This document shows positions 1 to 13,543 of a stretch of 64,000 bases of DNA, one piece after another (position 1 is the stretch's first letter; each line of letters starts with the position of its first letter). The notes beneath the pieces are model-generated. The model was given only the letters and a program-made list of their open reading frames with translations. It had not been told where the DNA came from and did no database searches. The DNA lies in NCBI GenBank assembly GCA_951406725.2, contig OX597815.1:172856001-172920000 (forward strand), in the 5' to 3' direction. The translations under genes and the position numbers were made by a program. The DNA comes from Octopus vulgaris. Lineage: Eukaryota.

Positions 1-73
<73 letters not shown>

Positions 74-140
74 ATGTATGTATGTATGTATGTATGTATG
101 TATGTATGTATGTATGTATGTATGTATGCATGTATGTATG
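1..140. repeat. (TG)n followed by (TATG)n microsatellite
   Basis: Directly visible; explains the 6..209 ORF. Confidence 0.97.
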
Positions 141-359
141 CATGCGTGCAACGTTGTATTAAATTTGTCAGATGGAAGTGAACTTCTAGAACAATACAAG
201 GATATATAAATGTTTATAAATGGTGCAGTAATAGTAAGTTGGTGACTTATCAAATATATATTTAAAGCTGATTGACCAGTGGGTTATGACTTTTCAAAAT
301 TAAAGAATTTATTGGATAATCACTGATCTCAGTATAGTCAAATCTGATTTCTGTGTGAT

Positions 360-579
360 GAACATTCAGATTTCTCTTTTAAATGTAATGTTTATTTATT
401 CACATTGTCTTGAATTAATCATGCCTCATCCTATAGCTTTGAGATTTTGATGATGTGATTGTATAATTTTTAGAATGACATCATAGGGTAGATGTGAGAG
501 GCCAGAGTTGGCTGGTTCAAATATAAAACAGATAGAATACTTGTGCTGGACATGATCTGTTAAAATGCTAAATAGTTAA
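360..579 (-). mobile_element. piggyBac-like MITE, degraded copy in opposite orientation to those at 25659 and 54197
   Basis: Reverse complement aligns with 25659-25886 and 54197-54409; ends aatgctaaatagTTAA. Confidence 0.7.
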
Positions 580-1611
580 AAGGTAACATTTTCAAATTTT
601 GGTTACTTGAAATCAAGGAAGGTTGAATACAGCAGAGAACAATCTCTCTAATAACATAACACTATTATTAGTTTATGCAGTTGACACCTCCAGCAAACTT
701 CTGAGTATTACAATGACGACATGATATAAAATAAAACTGGTTATATTGGACATTTCTAATGCTTATATGCTCAGTTATTATTGCAGTTTCTAAGTTTGAT
801 TAAGCTACAACAACCTTATCCTATTATCACTGCCATTATTTTTTATCCATTCTGAAATACACTTGTATTTCTAAGGTACAGTATTCTTTCTATACAGCAG
901 ATCATTACACCATTACATGACTGTTAGTTGAATAATGGTTGCTTTTCACTATGTTTACTGACTGCATTCCAGTTCTGGAAGCCTACCAGGTTTAAAAATA
1001 TACAAAGACATTAGTTTTTCTGAAACATTGTAAAGAATATACCTGATCTGAACATTATGGCACTTAAGTCTTGTTTAACCAGGTATTTTTTTCCAGTTGA
1101 ATTTATAGTTGTTTATTTTTTATAAAACAAGTAATATTTACATATCTCTTGAATGGAGGTTTAGATGATCTACTGAGTAAACTGGCTATATATTTGTATA
1201 TATGTACCTTTGCACATACACACACATTTAAATGCTTCAATGTAAACATGTAGGAGAAAGAAAGAACTCAGTATTCAAAACAGAGCTTGAAAATTTATTG
1301 AATTTTTGAAACTTTATAAATTGTTATCCAAGTTTCTTGTTTCTGACCATGAGAGCATTATAAAAAAAAAAAATGGAACACAAATATTGCATATAACAGA
1401 CACACAGTTGGGATATTAGGATATAATAAGAAGCACTGATTGGATAAAAGGGGGAAAAAAACCTTATTAGTTGATGATATATCTGTTATTTGAAAAATAA
1501 GGAGGAAGGTGGTGATATCTGTTGTTTGAAAAATAGGGAGGAGATAAAGCTACACAAGAGTATATATGTAAATGTAAAAATGTAAGAAAATGTATGAGAA
1601 AACGTATGTAA

Positions 1612-1621
1612 CATCATTATT

Positions 1622-1652
<31 letters not shown>

Positions 1653-1692
1653 CCATCATCGTTGTCGTTGTTGTCGACATCATCATTATCAT
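1612..1692. repeat. (CAT)n/(CGT)n triplet repeat
   Basis: Directly visible. Confidence 0.95.
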
Positions 1693-2339
1693 GTGTAAAA
1701 CATAAAATACTTATAATTATAATTTTGTATGCATAAAAAATATTCTGCATTGAGGAAGAGAACTCAAAACTTTTAAGATAATTTATGGGTGCTAAAACAC
1801 CCATAAATTTTCAAAAACTGTGGAGATGAGATCCATATTGTTCTCATTTTTTGGAATATTCTGGGAATCATCTTCCTGGGGGAGCATAGTTGAAAAGTAA
1901 GTATTTTAAAGTCTTCCTACAACAACTCTTTGTTTAAAGGGTTGTTGTATGCCTAGTATGCCTACAACAGACCTTTTGTTTAAAGCATAAATGTTTTGAA
2001 ACAGAATGAATAATTTTTCAGCTAGGCATAATTTACAGTGCAAATTTGAATGAAAGCTCTATGTACATATGGAGAAGCTCTAGCATTACCCTCTTGAATT
2101 TAAATTCAGTTGGACATGTTTCTTTTAAAAACAAAACATGCTCAGAAAAGCTTGTGAATTTTTTCTGGTTCCTTGATTGAATTTTATGCAAGAGCATTGT
2201 TTACAGATGGAAAGCCCTAGTAGAATATGGAGCAGTGCCCACTGAATTTTTCCATCAAAAATATATCTATTCTATCTAAAAAAAAATACTTGAAATTTTT
2301 AATTGTGGAATCTTAAGATTTTACAAGAAGAATGAGAAT

Positions 2340-3260
2340 GTAGACCTATTTTTCAACAAAGATACTCCTAAAACATATGTATACAATAAGTCTGGATTTA
2401 GACAGAACTCACCAACAACTAAAGAACTGGAACCATTTGAAACAGATCTTTTCAATTAGCTGAAGAGAGTAAAATTTAGAAAAGGTCATAACTTTCAAAG
2501 CTCTTTAATAAAAATTTACCATCATTACTGTACCCCATGAAAATCTATAAATCATCAGACATCAGACAAGAAAAAAGATCCTCATGGCATAGAGAGAAAC
2601 ACATAATTTGTCTAATACCAATAGCATTTCTAGTATTTACAAAAAAGCTAGCACCAATACCTTAATCTAAAGAAATCACTACTGCTCTTAATACATGAGA
2701 TGACAGAGCAGAATATTTAATTCCATTCACAACATACAATAATCCCTAATTATCTTCAGATGAAGGTGCTTCCATTACTCTAACGAAACTCTTTGTAAGA
2801 GTGGCTGTATAGATAAAATGCAATAAACAATCTGCTTTAATGTCCCAAGCATAAAAGAGACCAAGAAATATTTTGTGGTATAATCCAGTTTTCTGTTTAA
2901 ATACACAAACAAATATTGCCAAAGATTTTTTAAATCCACTTATTTTCTATTTTCCATTCAATCATAGATATAAGATAAGCCACATCCTTTGAGAATCCAG
3001 AAATATTGCACTAAGGCGCAACCAAGCATTAACAAGAATTGCTTCAAGATTTACTTTTACTATCATATCCATTCATTCAAGAAAATTTCATTCAAAAAAA
3101 TTACAAGCTTTTCCCAGCATATCTGCTTTTTAAAATCCAACAATATTCAGAATCAAATGGTTATCCTTGAGCATGCTTCTACATATATAAATGGTCACTT
3201 TCATTAAAATTTGCATTATATATTTTGCCTAACAGAAAAGCGATTCATTCTTTTTCAAGA
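2340..3260 (+). mobile_element. Penelope-like element remnant; N-terminal region joined to post-RT and GIY-YIG region, RT core largely missing
   Basis: Translated motifs ELEPFETDLFN*LKRVKFRK (~2425-2485), NSISSIYKKA (~2620-2650), RPRNILWYNPVFCLNTQTNIAKDFL (~2858-2932; PLE WFNPP..N..TNIGK.FL), FK..YYHIHSF..TSFSQHI..LK..ILEHASTYING and CLTEKRFIL (~3040-3252). Confidence 0.8.
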
Positions 3261-3283
3261 TATTTATGTTTTGCCGATCTCTA

Positions 3284-3670
3284 ACTGTGGAGAGAACTTG
3301 TGGAAGAGGTAAACCAAGGAAGACATGGGATGAGGTGGTGAAGCTTGATCTTTAAAAGTCGGGTCTCATGGAATCAATGACAAGTGATCGAGGCCTTTCA
3401 AGATTTGCTGTGCTTGAGAAGATTCATCAAGTGAAATCATAGTTGTGGCCAGTGTGGTGACACATCAAAGTACCCATGCCGGTGACACATTAAAGCTACC
3501 CACTACATTCTTAGAGTGATTGGCATTAGGAAGGGCATCCAGCCATAGAAACCAAGCCAAAATCAGACTGGCACCTGGTACAGCTCTTTGGCTTACCAAT
3601 TCCAGTCAAACCATCTCACCCATGCCAGCATGGAATGTGGATGCTAAATAATGATGATGATGTTGATGAT
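3284..3670 (+). mobile_element. RTE LINE 3' fragment, same family as 58352-62053
   Basis: Matches ORF end (tgtggaagaggtaaaccaaggaagacatggga) and 3' UTR (ggcattaggaagggcatccagc...catgccagcatgga...(GAT)n). Confidence 0.9.
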
Positions 3671-4770
3671 ATTGATGAAAGACCTGAGATGCTAAGCTAT
3701 TATAAACAGATTTACATTTACTTTCCAAATATGCCGCCAAACAGATGATTTCAGTAACATTCCAAATATTTAGAATAATATGGATCTTATTGCCTCCATT
3801 TTTAAAAATATTTATGGATTTTGAAAGTATTTATGACATTCACATAACTCAATGTATGCCATGGCATACTATTTTTATATTCCATTTTTCATAATTGTCT
3901 GTAGATTAGTAAGGAGCTTTGAGTAACTATTTGTAAAAATTCAATTCCAATAAATTGTGTGTGTGTGCACGTGCATGCATTGTGTGTGTATGTGCATGTG
4001 TGAGTGTGTGTATGTGTGTTTGTGTCCCCACATATTCAAAATATTTATTTTTTTATTGAATTTAATAAAGTTTCTTTTATTAATATCAATTTTTTTTAAA
4101 ATCTCAGCTTGTGAGAAAATGTTTTTTTATTGTAACATTTCTACGTGATTTAGATCATTGTGATTGGTGGAGGAGACAATTTTTATGGATATATTTGGTA
4201 AAGATTTATTATAATCTTAATTAACACAATATTGTCAAACAATATCAGGAATAGAAATTAATTTTACATTAAATGCACTTAGACTTCAACCAAAATATTA
4301 CTGGAAAGCAATTACAGAAAATATCTCATTGTAAATAATGTACAAAAGGTTGTCATTGAAATGCTCTTAAGCAGTTTTATGTTTCTATCATATTGACATA
4401 TGTCGTAAGCATATCAGAACAACAAATGAAATATTCACCTAAAAGTATATATTCAAATTAGGAACTTAAGTTAGTTTTCTATTTATAAAACAAAACAGCA
4501 GATTTATTAAATGTGCCAGGTGCCACTTGATTAACACGTTTAAAGAAAATATCTTCTTTTTTTTTTTAAAGCCAAAACAAAAGAAAACTTGATTTTCCTA
4601 ACAGTGGTGATAATACTGATGCTGGTAGTAATGGCAGATTGGCAATGATAGACTCTGTGCTAAAATGTAATCCCTTTCATAGACAAGTCATCTTTAAATA
4701 TATATCTGTTTTTGTCTTTTGACTCCTCCACCACATCTTCATGCAATGCAGCCAACACACCACCATACTG

Positions 4771-5350
<580 letters not shown>

Positions 5351-6961
5351 TATATCTACTCAACTAGTGCCTAGGTGCCAAGAAAATACCAAAGCACACA
5401 CCACACGGTGCTATATTGGACAAAAGTAACTAACAGTAGAAGCTGCTGCTACTGCTACTGCCACTACAGCTACTAGATCTACTGGACGAAAATAGGAAAC
5501 ACTAAAACCAAATCAGTTTGCTTGCAATGCAAACCTGAAAAAAAGATTCTACAGAAATAGAAATGTTGATACATACTAGAGGATATTTAATTCTTAAATA
5601 CAGACAGAAGTTTACCCTCAGTCTGTATTTACCCTTTCATCTTCTTAGGGTAGCCTCTGAACATTGACTCCCTGGGTTAACTGAGAAAGCTACAAATTGC
5701 CAAGAGAAAAATGTTACAAAATTAAGATATTAGTTTTCTTTGTTTTCACTCAATGGAGATCTTTTTTTAAATGTTTGCTTTTTCTTTTTGAAAGAAATTT
5801 AAAAGAATTTAAATAATCCCCAATAAATTTTACCATATATGTCATTAACTATGTATCTCCATAAGAGCAAGAACAAATAATTTAATGATATTCAAATTTC
5901 AACACATCAAAATTATTAAGATATTATCAAAACATCTTCCATGATGGATTAACAGAAACCTTAACATTCTTATCTTGCAGGCTTAATGACGAAACCATCA
6001 CCAAATTAACTGTTGAAAAATTTGGATTAAGTTATTAAAACTATTCAGTTTTTTTCATTGCATATTCATTTTCTCTTCCAAACATAATATATGCTAAAAA
6101 CAACAACCACTTCAAATTAAAATATTTACTATAATATTTATTTATATTAATATTTTTATTTTTTATCAAGATTATATATCAAACTGCAGCTTCTCTAAAG
6201 TAGGTCAATGCATATAACACCTACTTAATATATAATGAAATATTATTACAAAAAGTCATATTTGTACTTTGTACTTCATCTAAAACAATGAAGATGATGA
6301 TAACAAAAATATTAATAACAATTTTCATATCCTCAAATTTGTGTAAAACCCCTAAATGTTGTGAATGAAAATATTCATTTCAAAACATTTGAAAATTTCC
6401 ATTTCTATCTTAATGAAATTACAGGATCAGAAGATAAAATACATTTGAATTTCTGACAGGACAGACCATCAAACCAATATACCAGATATAAACTTATAGA
6501 GGTTGCATTAATCACCAGTATGATAAGTGTCAAGAGCTGTCCTCATCAAAGGCAACACAGAAAGGGCTCATTATTACAAGCTTCTGCAGAGAAGGCAGCA
6601 ACTGAAGGCTTAAGAGAATATATAACAAACCTATTCCTTTTTTACTAATATAAAGAATTACATTGCACTACACAAATAAAAGAGATGTTGAAAACAATCA
6701 TTGTAGATATGGAAACATATGAATTCAGTTTTAGTGGATGGTATACCAAATTATTGTGTAGTATAGAATTCTAAATATAAAATTTTTAAAAAAAACTAAA
6801 ATACTGAGTTAATGTACAAACAGAAAAAAATAACTATAGCAGCTTCTCAAACATTAAAAATAACATCATAAACTTCCACATAGATTACTTTTATGACTTA
6901 AAATTTTTTTTTTATCTGGGGTGCTAGAATTTATGTATGTTCTCAGTTTATTTTACACATC

Positions 6962-6992
<31 letters not shown>

Positions 6993-7409
6993 AGACTTCA
7001 TAACCAGTAAATTTAAGCAGAAATATCAAATTTGACTCAATTTGCTTATTGAGAATTCCCTTTATTAATAATTCATTTCATAGCTCAAGTTTTAAAAACT
7101 CAGGAATTTAATTTAAGAGATAAAGGAATAAAAAAGAAACCAAGCTTGTTATGGTCAATATCAAAATGGAATTCTTAAATGCTCTATCAATTTTGCAAGA
7201 TGGCCTAGTATGGAGAAAAACAAGAATTAATGCAAGGACAGCAGATAGATTTTGAGAGACAATTATGTGAACAACCATTAAGCAAAAATAATACAAACAC
7301 AAAATATTGTCAGAAAATTGGGTCAGTCTCTGAAAGTTAAATCTAGAATATTTCTTCATTTTAATAATAATGATAACAATGATGAGATAATGATGATGAT
7401 GATGATGAT

Positions 7410-7620
7410 GATCCTTTCTATTACAGGGACAAGGTTGGAAATTTTTGGGGAGGAGGTTAGTCAATTACATTGACCCCAGTGCTTCACTTATTTTTATCAA
7501 CCCTGAAAGGATTAAAGGCAAAGTCAACCTTCGCAGAATTTGAACTCAGAACAAAAAAAAAACAAAAAACAGATGAAATGCCATTAAGCATTTAGTCTGG
7601 CATGCAAATGATTGCTGCCT
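7410..7620 (-). mobile_element. tRNA-derived SINE, family A
   Basis: Reverse-complement match to 19133-19365 (B-box gagttcaaattc; ctttaatcctttcaggggttgataaa-like core). Confidence 0.85.
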
Positions 7621-7689
7621 TGACATGACAATGCCACCACCACCGTTTCTTCTCAGTCTTTCATTGATGCATCAATAATAATTATAACT

Positions 7690-8186
7690 ATGAAAGAAAC
7701 ATCAACACCTGTCTATGGGTAGTGTTCAGTTAAAAAAGTAAATGTTGTAAAAATGGACCCAGGACCCATAACAAAACCATCCAAAAGAGAAAGAACGGTG
7801 GACAGATAATCATAAATACTATGAAATAGCTGATTTATGAATTATATACACTACTATGCAACACTTCTCCAAAAACATACAGGAATAAACCCATACTGTA
7901 AATACCCAACAAAATGAACGAAGCCCACAACATATGCCATAGAAGGCCGATACCCAACAGAACACAACCTGTGCTGCACAAACAACACACAATATAAGAA
8001 ATAATACAAAACCAAACCCCATAACAAAATATACTGATACAATACAATATTGCCTCCATTCTCCACCATTTATCTCATGCCCCCCCCCCAAAGAAAAGGG
8101 CAGCACATACCACCCTACCAGCACAGAGGGTGCAACAAATGATGCTGTAGAAAGTTGCTTGAAACTATCAGATGTCAGAAAATAAT
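7690..8186 (+). mobile_element. AC-rich strand-biased repeat, possibly R4/Dong-derived; related to 14420-15097
   Basis: Shared 3' end (cagagg..caaatgatgctgtagaaagttg versus cagagg..caaatagtgctgtagaaactgg) followed by aataat. Confidence 0.4.
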
Positions 8187-8189
8187 AGT

Positions 8190-9026
8190 GGCAATGACGA
8201 TGGTAACAAATGTTACCTTACCACAGTTTATGAGAGACAGGAGTTTCTGAAGGAACTCTGGCTGTAATAGCAGAAAAAAGGCTGGACCTTTAAGGGAAGG
8301 CCTCTCACTCGGCAGAGGTTCAGTAAAGATGGAGACTGACTACAGGAAGGGACAACTGGCACCAGCAACTTAAGTGATTTAAGTGGGGAAGATCAGAAGA
8401 TTTTAGATGAGTTTTAGGAAGTAATGAGTAAAGAAGTAAGAAAAAGATTGCCATCATTAAAAAGCACCAACAGAAGGAAGCTGCTAGGTATGACTAGGAA
8501 AGTAGATTCAGTCATCAGTAGGATAGAGACTAAAAATATAGGAGACACTAACTTATTGATCTACGCAGGAGGGGTAGTAGTCATTAGAAGATTAAATATC
8601 TCATAGTGAAAGATTAAAAAAGAGTAAATGTGGAAAAAGAGACTATTAAATAAAGTGAAGACTTTCAGACGAAGTCTGAGTAGAATAGAAACCTGGAAAC
8701 TGAACAAGTTAAGAAACACAAGCTGCAAATCTTCCTTTGAGAAAAGATACTTAGTCAAAGAGAAAGGATTTGGGACAGTAATATAAGAGTTGAAGCAGCA
8801 TATCATAGCAGTATCTGGCAAGCTCTCCAGATATCAGAAAAGAATAGCTCAGTATCTATTCTTAGATGGATAGAAGAAATAGGCATAAAACCCAGTTTAG
8901 TACAGCTCCAGAAAGCAGTGTTATTAGGGACAGCTAGGATACTTAGGTGGGTTTTTGGCATATAAGGTTAGGATTTTTTTCTTTTCCAACAGTCTAATCT
9001 GTTGTGTGTATATAAAAATAATAATA
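8190..9026 (+). mobile_element. R4/Dong-clade non-LTR retrotransposon with a large internal deletion
   Basis: N-terminal motifs DTNLLIYAGGVVV, WKKRL, ELKQHIIAVSGKLSRYQKR joined directly to the C-terminal LQKAVLLGTARILRWVFGI* typical of R4/Dong; ends in (TAA)n. Confidence 0.8.
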
Positions 9027-9255
9027 ATCATCATCATCATCGTTTAACGTCTGCTTTCCATGCTGGCATGGGTTGGACAGTTTGACTGAAGTCTGGCAAG
9101 CCAGTGGGCTGCACCAGGCTCCAATCTGATCTGGCAATGTTTCTACAGCTGGATGCCCTCCCTAAAGCCAACAACTCTGAGAGTGTAGTGGGTGCTTTTT
9201 ACGTCCTACCAGCATAGGTGCCAATCAGGGGACACTGGCATTGACCATGTTTGGA
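9027..9255 (-). mobile_element. RTE LINE 3' UTR tip
   Basis: (CAT)n-cgtttaacgtctgctttccatgctggcatgggttggac is the reverse complement of 61990-62050. Confidence 0.9.
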
Positions 9256-9949
9256 AATAATAATAACAACAACAAGACCTCAAAACTGGAGCTAAAGTAT
9301 GAATGGTAACTATTTCCTACAAAAAGATAAACTATTTCTTGTTGTACAACTCTAAACAATTCAATTATTTTATAAAATCTAACAAAATAAAGAGAATCTT
9401 TTAGTTACAAAGTACAACAATAAAATACTGAAGTAAAATGAAAGCAATACATAACTGAAATGCAAAAAAGGGGTAATAATGATATCTGTTTTCATAAAAC
9501 CAGGAATATTATGGTAGGAGTCAACTACACAATAGCTGTCTCAATATTTGCTTATTTACCTAATTATTTTGAAACTAAAAAAATATTACTAAACCTTATT
9601 GGCATCATTTAAAATTATGTAACAAATAATATTAATACAGGTAAATCATAATTAAAAATAAATACATAATTTTGTTAACAATGGAAATAATTAACAAGCA
9701 GACCACTAAACATCATAATCAAATAAAGCTGAATGAAACTATTTTTTAAAGGAAGCGAATAAAAATAAAAAATAAAAAATATGATCCTCCCTTTGGCACT
9801 TGCTTTACAACCATATGACAATTTGATTTTACAGAACAGTTGATGTGATTAGACTTTAAGGTTTTTAATGTGTTTAGTTATAGGCAGTTTTGAGTTTGGA
9901 AGTTAACTAAATGTCAAATGATGTAGGATGAATTAATTTATTGCAATAC

Positions 9950-10184
9950 CTATTTCTTTACTACCCACAAGGGGCTAAACACAGTGAGGACAAACAAGGA
10001 CAGACAAACAGATTTAGTCGATTATATCGACCCCAGTGTGTAACTGGTACTTATTTAATCGACCCCGAAAGGATGAAAGGCAAAGTCGACCTCGGCGGAA
10101 TTTGAACTCAGAACGTAGCGGCAGACGAAATACGGCTACGCATTTCACTCAGCGTGCTAACATTTCTGCCAGCTCGCCGCCTTC
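9950..10184 (-). mobile_element. tRNA-derived SINE, family A, young full-length copy
   Basis: Close reverse complement of 19133-19365; CpGs retained; B-box gagttcaaattc; central gcctttcatcctttcggggtcga motif resembling the Meta-type SINE domain. Confidence 0.9.
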
Positions 10185-10237
10185 ACCAAGGCAGAAGGAG
10201 AGCTCCACAAAACAACAAGTGGTTGTCCCTTACAGTA

Positions 10238-10329
10238 GAGCTTGGTGCAGCTGCCTGGTTCACCAGTTCTTGTCAAGCCATCCAGTCCATCCCAGCATGG
10301 AAAATGAATGTTAAATGGTGATGATGATG
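10238..10329 (+). mobile_element. RTE LINE 3' tip
   Basis: tggtgcagc...catcccagcatggaaaatgaatgttaaatggtgatgatgat. Confidence 0.75.
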
Positions 10330-11170
10330 TGCAGTGTCTACACGCAAAATACAGTAGTGCATCACAGTCAAATAAGAAATCCACCCAATGGTTGTGAATG
10401 CTTTTGGAAGATAACTATAACATGAAATTAACTGTTTCTTATAATCCATTAGATGTACTTCATATTCAGGACCAAGCCCTAAATACAATTGCAAGTGAAG
10501 TGAACTAAGCCCAGTAGACAACCTCAGAGGCTTGGTATTGACCCTCATGAAGTGCTAAGCTCAGCACTACAAGCAAATACATTTTATAGTGCCACCACTA
10601 CTTACAGCAGCAGGTTGTTCTTATCCTATTGTATCTAGTATCTATTTTCAGCTAGATAGTATGCATCATTTAAGAGTTAAGTGTTGTGAACTGCTGACTG
10701 CTTTGTTGATTTTGAATGCCCTATCAACATAAATACACGTCTTCTCGGTGTACATAAATATATATAGCATGAATATGATACATACTCAGGCTCAGGGAAA
10801 AGTAAACAAATTGTACAGAAACCAAATGGGAATGGAAAATGCATTTATCAAAATTTAGCCAAATGGTTTTATAATCAAGATGTTGCTTAAATAAATATGC
10901 CATAGATGTTTAAGACTTCTAAAATGTTAAAAATTTACTAATACAACTTTTGCACTGAAAGCTGAGAGTAGCAGGTATGATTCCTCACTAAATTTCCCCA
11001 TTTGTAAACAATAAGTTATTTGTGAGTTTCCCATAGCCAGTCACAAGGAATGCCACAATGCCACCATCTATTTCTCTTCTGAACACCAATTTATCAGCAA
11101 TTATTTTCACTAATGTGAATATTTTTGCTGATATACACTTTATATATATATATATATACACACATATATA

Positions 11171-11745
11171 TCATCATCATCATCTTCGTTTAACGTCCAT
11201 TTTCCATGCTAGCATGGGTTGGACAGTTCGACCAGGATCTGGGAGGCCAGAAGGCTGCACCAAGCTCCAGTCTGATCTGGCAGTGTTTCTACAGTTGGAT
11301 GCCCTTCCTAATGCCAACCACTCCGTGAGTGTAGTGGGTGCTTTTTATGTGCCACTGGCACAGGTGCCAGGGGAGGCTGACAACGTCCACAATCAGTTGG
11401 TGCTTTTTACATGTCACCAGCATGGAAGCCAGTCAAGGTGGCACTGGCATCGGCCACGTTTGGATGGTGCTTTTTACATGCCACCAGCACAGGTATCACA
11501 ACTACAATTTCCATTTGATTTTTATTTGATGTTGATGTACCTGACTCAATAGGTCTTCTCAAGCACAGCAGGTCGTCCTGCGATCCAAGGTATTTTTGGA
11601 TGGGTTGGGGCTGTTATGTGAAGCTGGTGTAGGAAACAGCCATGAACTCACGTCATTTGTCGGGTCTTCGCAGTCACAGCATATCTCCAGAGGTCTTGGT
11701 CTTTCGTCATTGCCTCTGTAAGGCCCAACATTTGAAGGTCATGCT
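11171..11745 (-). mobile_element. RTE LINE 3' fragment (ORF end and 3' UTR with about two repeat units)
   Basis: Reverse complement of the 61160-62050 region. Confidence 0.9.
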
Positions 11746-11780
<35 letters not shown>

Positions 11781-11974
11781 TGTGTGTGTAGGTGTGTGTG
11801 CTTGAAGTGGTGTACAGATATTTTATATTATGAAGAAGGAGGCAGTCAGAATTTTGGATAATTCTTTATTAGCACTTTCACTCATTCAATTGAACTCTTC
11901 AAGATATAGTGTGTGAGTATGTATCACAATATCATGGTATCAACCAGTATATCAGATAGTGTTATCTGATATAC

Positions 11975-12930
11975 AGTATATCAGAGAGTGAAAAGCAGAT
12001 TGCATGATGCCTGAGTGCAAATAGCTATGCTACATGGCAGTGAAACATGGGCTGTGACTGCTGTGAACATGTGTAGACTTGAAAAAATGAAGCTAGTATA
12101 CTTCACTGGATGTGCAATGTCAGTGTACATGTACAACAAAGTGTAAGCATCTTGAGAGAAAAGCTGGGCATAAGAAGTATCAGATGTGATGTGCAAGAGA
12201 GATGACTACCTTGGTATGGTCATGTAATGCATATGGACGAGGACAGCTGTGTAAAGAAGTGCTGATCTTCAACTGTGGAGGGAACCTGTGGAAGAAATAG
12301 ACCCAGAAGACATTGGATGAGATGGTGAAGCATGATCTTTGAATGTTAGACTTCACGGAGGTGATGACAATTGACTGAGAGCTCTGGCAATATGCTGTAA
12401 TTGAGAAGACTCATCAGGCCAAGTGAAATCATAGTTGTGGACATGCCGATATGTAAATGGCACCTGTGCATCATAGCCATGGTCATTAGCAGTACCATGA
12501 AAATAACACCCATGAATTGTAGTCATTGATACCTGGTCGCTTGATGGTACCATGTAAATGGCATCCATGCATCAAAGTCATGGTCATCAACGGTGCCATG
12601 TAAATTGGTGCCCAGGAATCATGGTCACTGGCAGTGCCATGTAAATTCCACCCATTAGTTGTGGTCATTGCCAGTGCCATGTAAATGGCACCCACCCGTG
12701 TATCATAGTCGTGGTCATTACCAGTGTCATATAAATGGCACCCATGCTGGTGGCATGTAAAGGTACCTATTACACTCCTGGGATAGTTGGTGTTAGGAAG
12801 GGAATCCAGCTGTAGAAACCATGCCAAACTAGTCTAGAACCTGGTGCAGCTCTCTGACTCATCAGCTCCAGTCAAACCATCTAACACATGCCAGCATGAA
12901 GAGTGGACATTAAATGATGATTATGATGAT
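11975..12930 (+). mobile_element. Degraded RTE LINE 3' fragment with a variant 3' UTR tandem array
   Basis: AMLHGSETWAVTA-coding sequence at ~12022-12062; array of ~40-50 bp units at 12430-12770; (GAT)n tail. Confidence 0.9.
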
Positions 12931-12951
12931 GTATACATACATATATATATA

Positions 12952-13170
12952 CTACAGGAGAGTGGACAAACGAAAGAAAGTGACACTCAACACATTAGGT
13001 AGGAGTCCCATATATAAATTATTCAATAAGTTTGTTTAATTCAGCTTCATTCAACTAAAAGTATCATTAGCTTGTAAAATTAACTTAGCTCATCAGATGA
13101 GCTAGATTCATTTTACAAGCTAACAAAACTCTAAGTTGTATGGAGCCAAATGAAACCATTATTAAATAAT
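12952..13170 (-). mobile_element. Miniature palindromic PLE-like element with a degenerate hammerhead ribozyme
   Basis: Imperfect palindrome 13018-13170 centred at 13095; minus arm reads CTGATGA-gctaagtt...aagctaat-GATAC-tttta-GTT and plus arm reads cAGATGA-gctagatt...aagctaac-AAAAC-tctaa-GTT; the tail leads into (TA)n. Confidence 0.6.
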
Positions 13171-13315
13171 CAGGTATGACTGTGTGGTAAGAAATTTGCT
13201 TCCTAACCACACGGTTCTGGGTTCAGTCCCACTGCATGGCACCTTGGGCAACTGTCTGCTACTGTAGCCTCAGGCCGACCAAAGCCTTGTGAGTGGATTT
13301 GGAGACAGAAGCTGG
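13171..13315 (+). mobile_element. tRNA-derived SINE head, family B
   Basis: A-box-like tgactgtgtggtaag, B-box-like ggttcagtccc, ggcaccttgggcaa core; many copies in the window. Confidence 0.9.
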
Positions 13316-13317
13316 TC

Positions 13318-13543
<226 letters not shown>

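Noticed and set aside
5935-6000. catgatgg...cgaaacc resembling a decayed hammerhead
   Set aside because: The core is not CUGANGA and stems I and III cannot be formed
13171-13250. tRNA-like A and B boxes
   Set aside because: Part of multicopy SINE heads; no complete cloverleaf, so not called as tRNA genes
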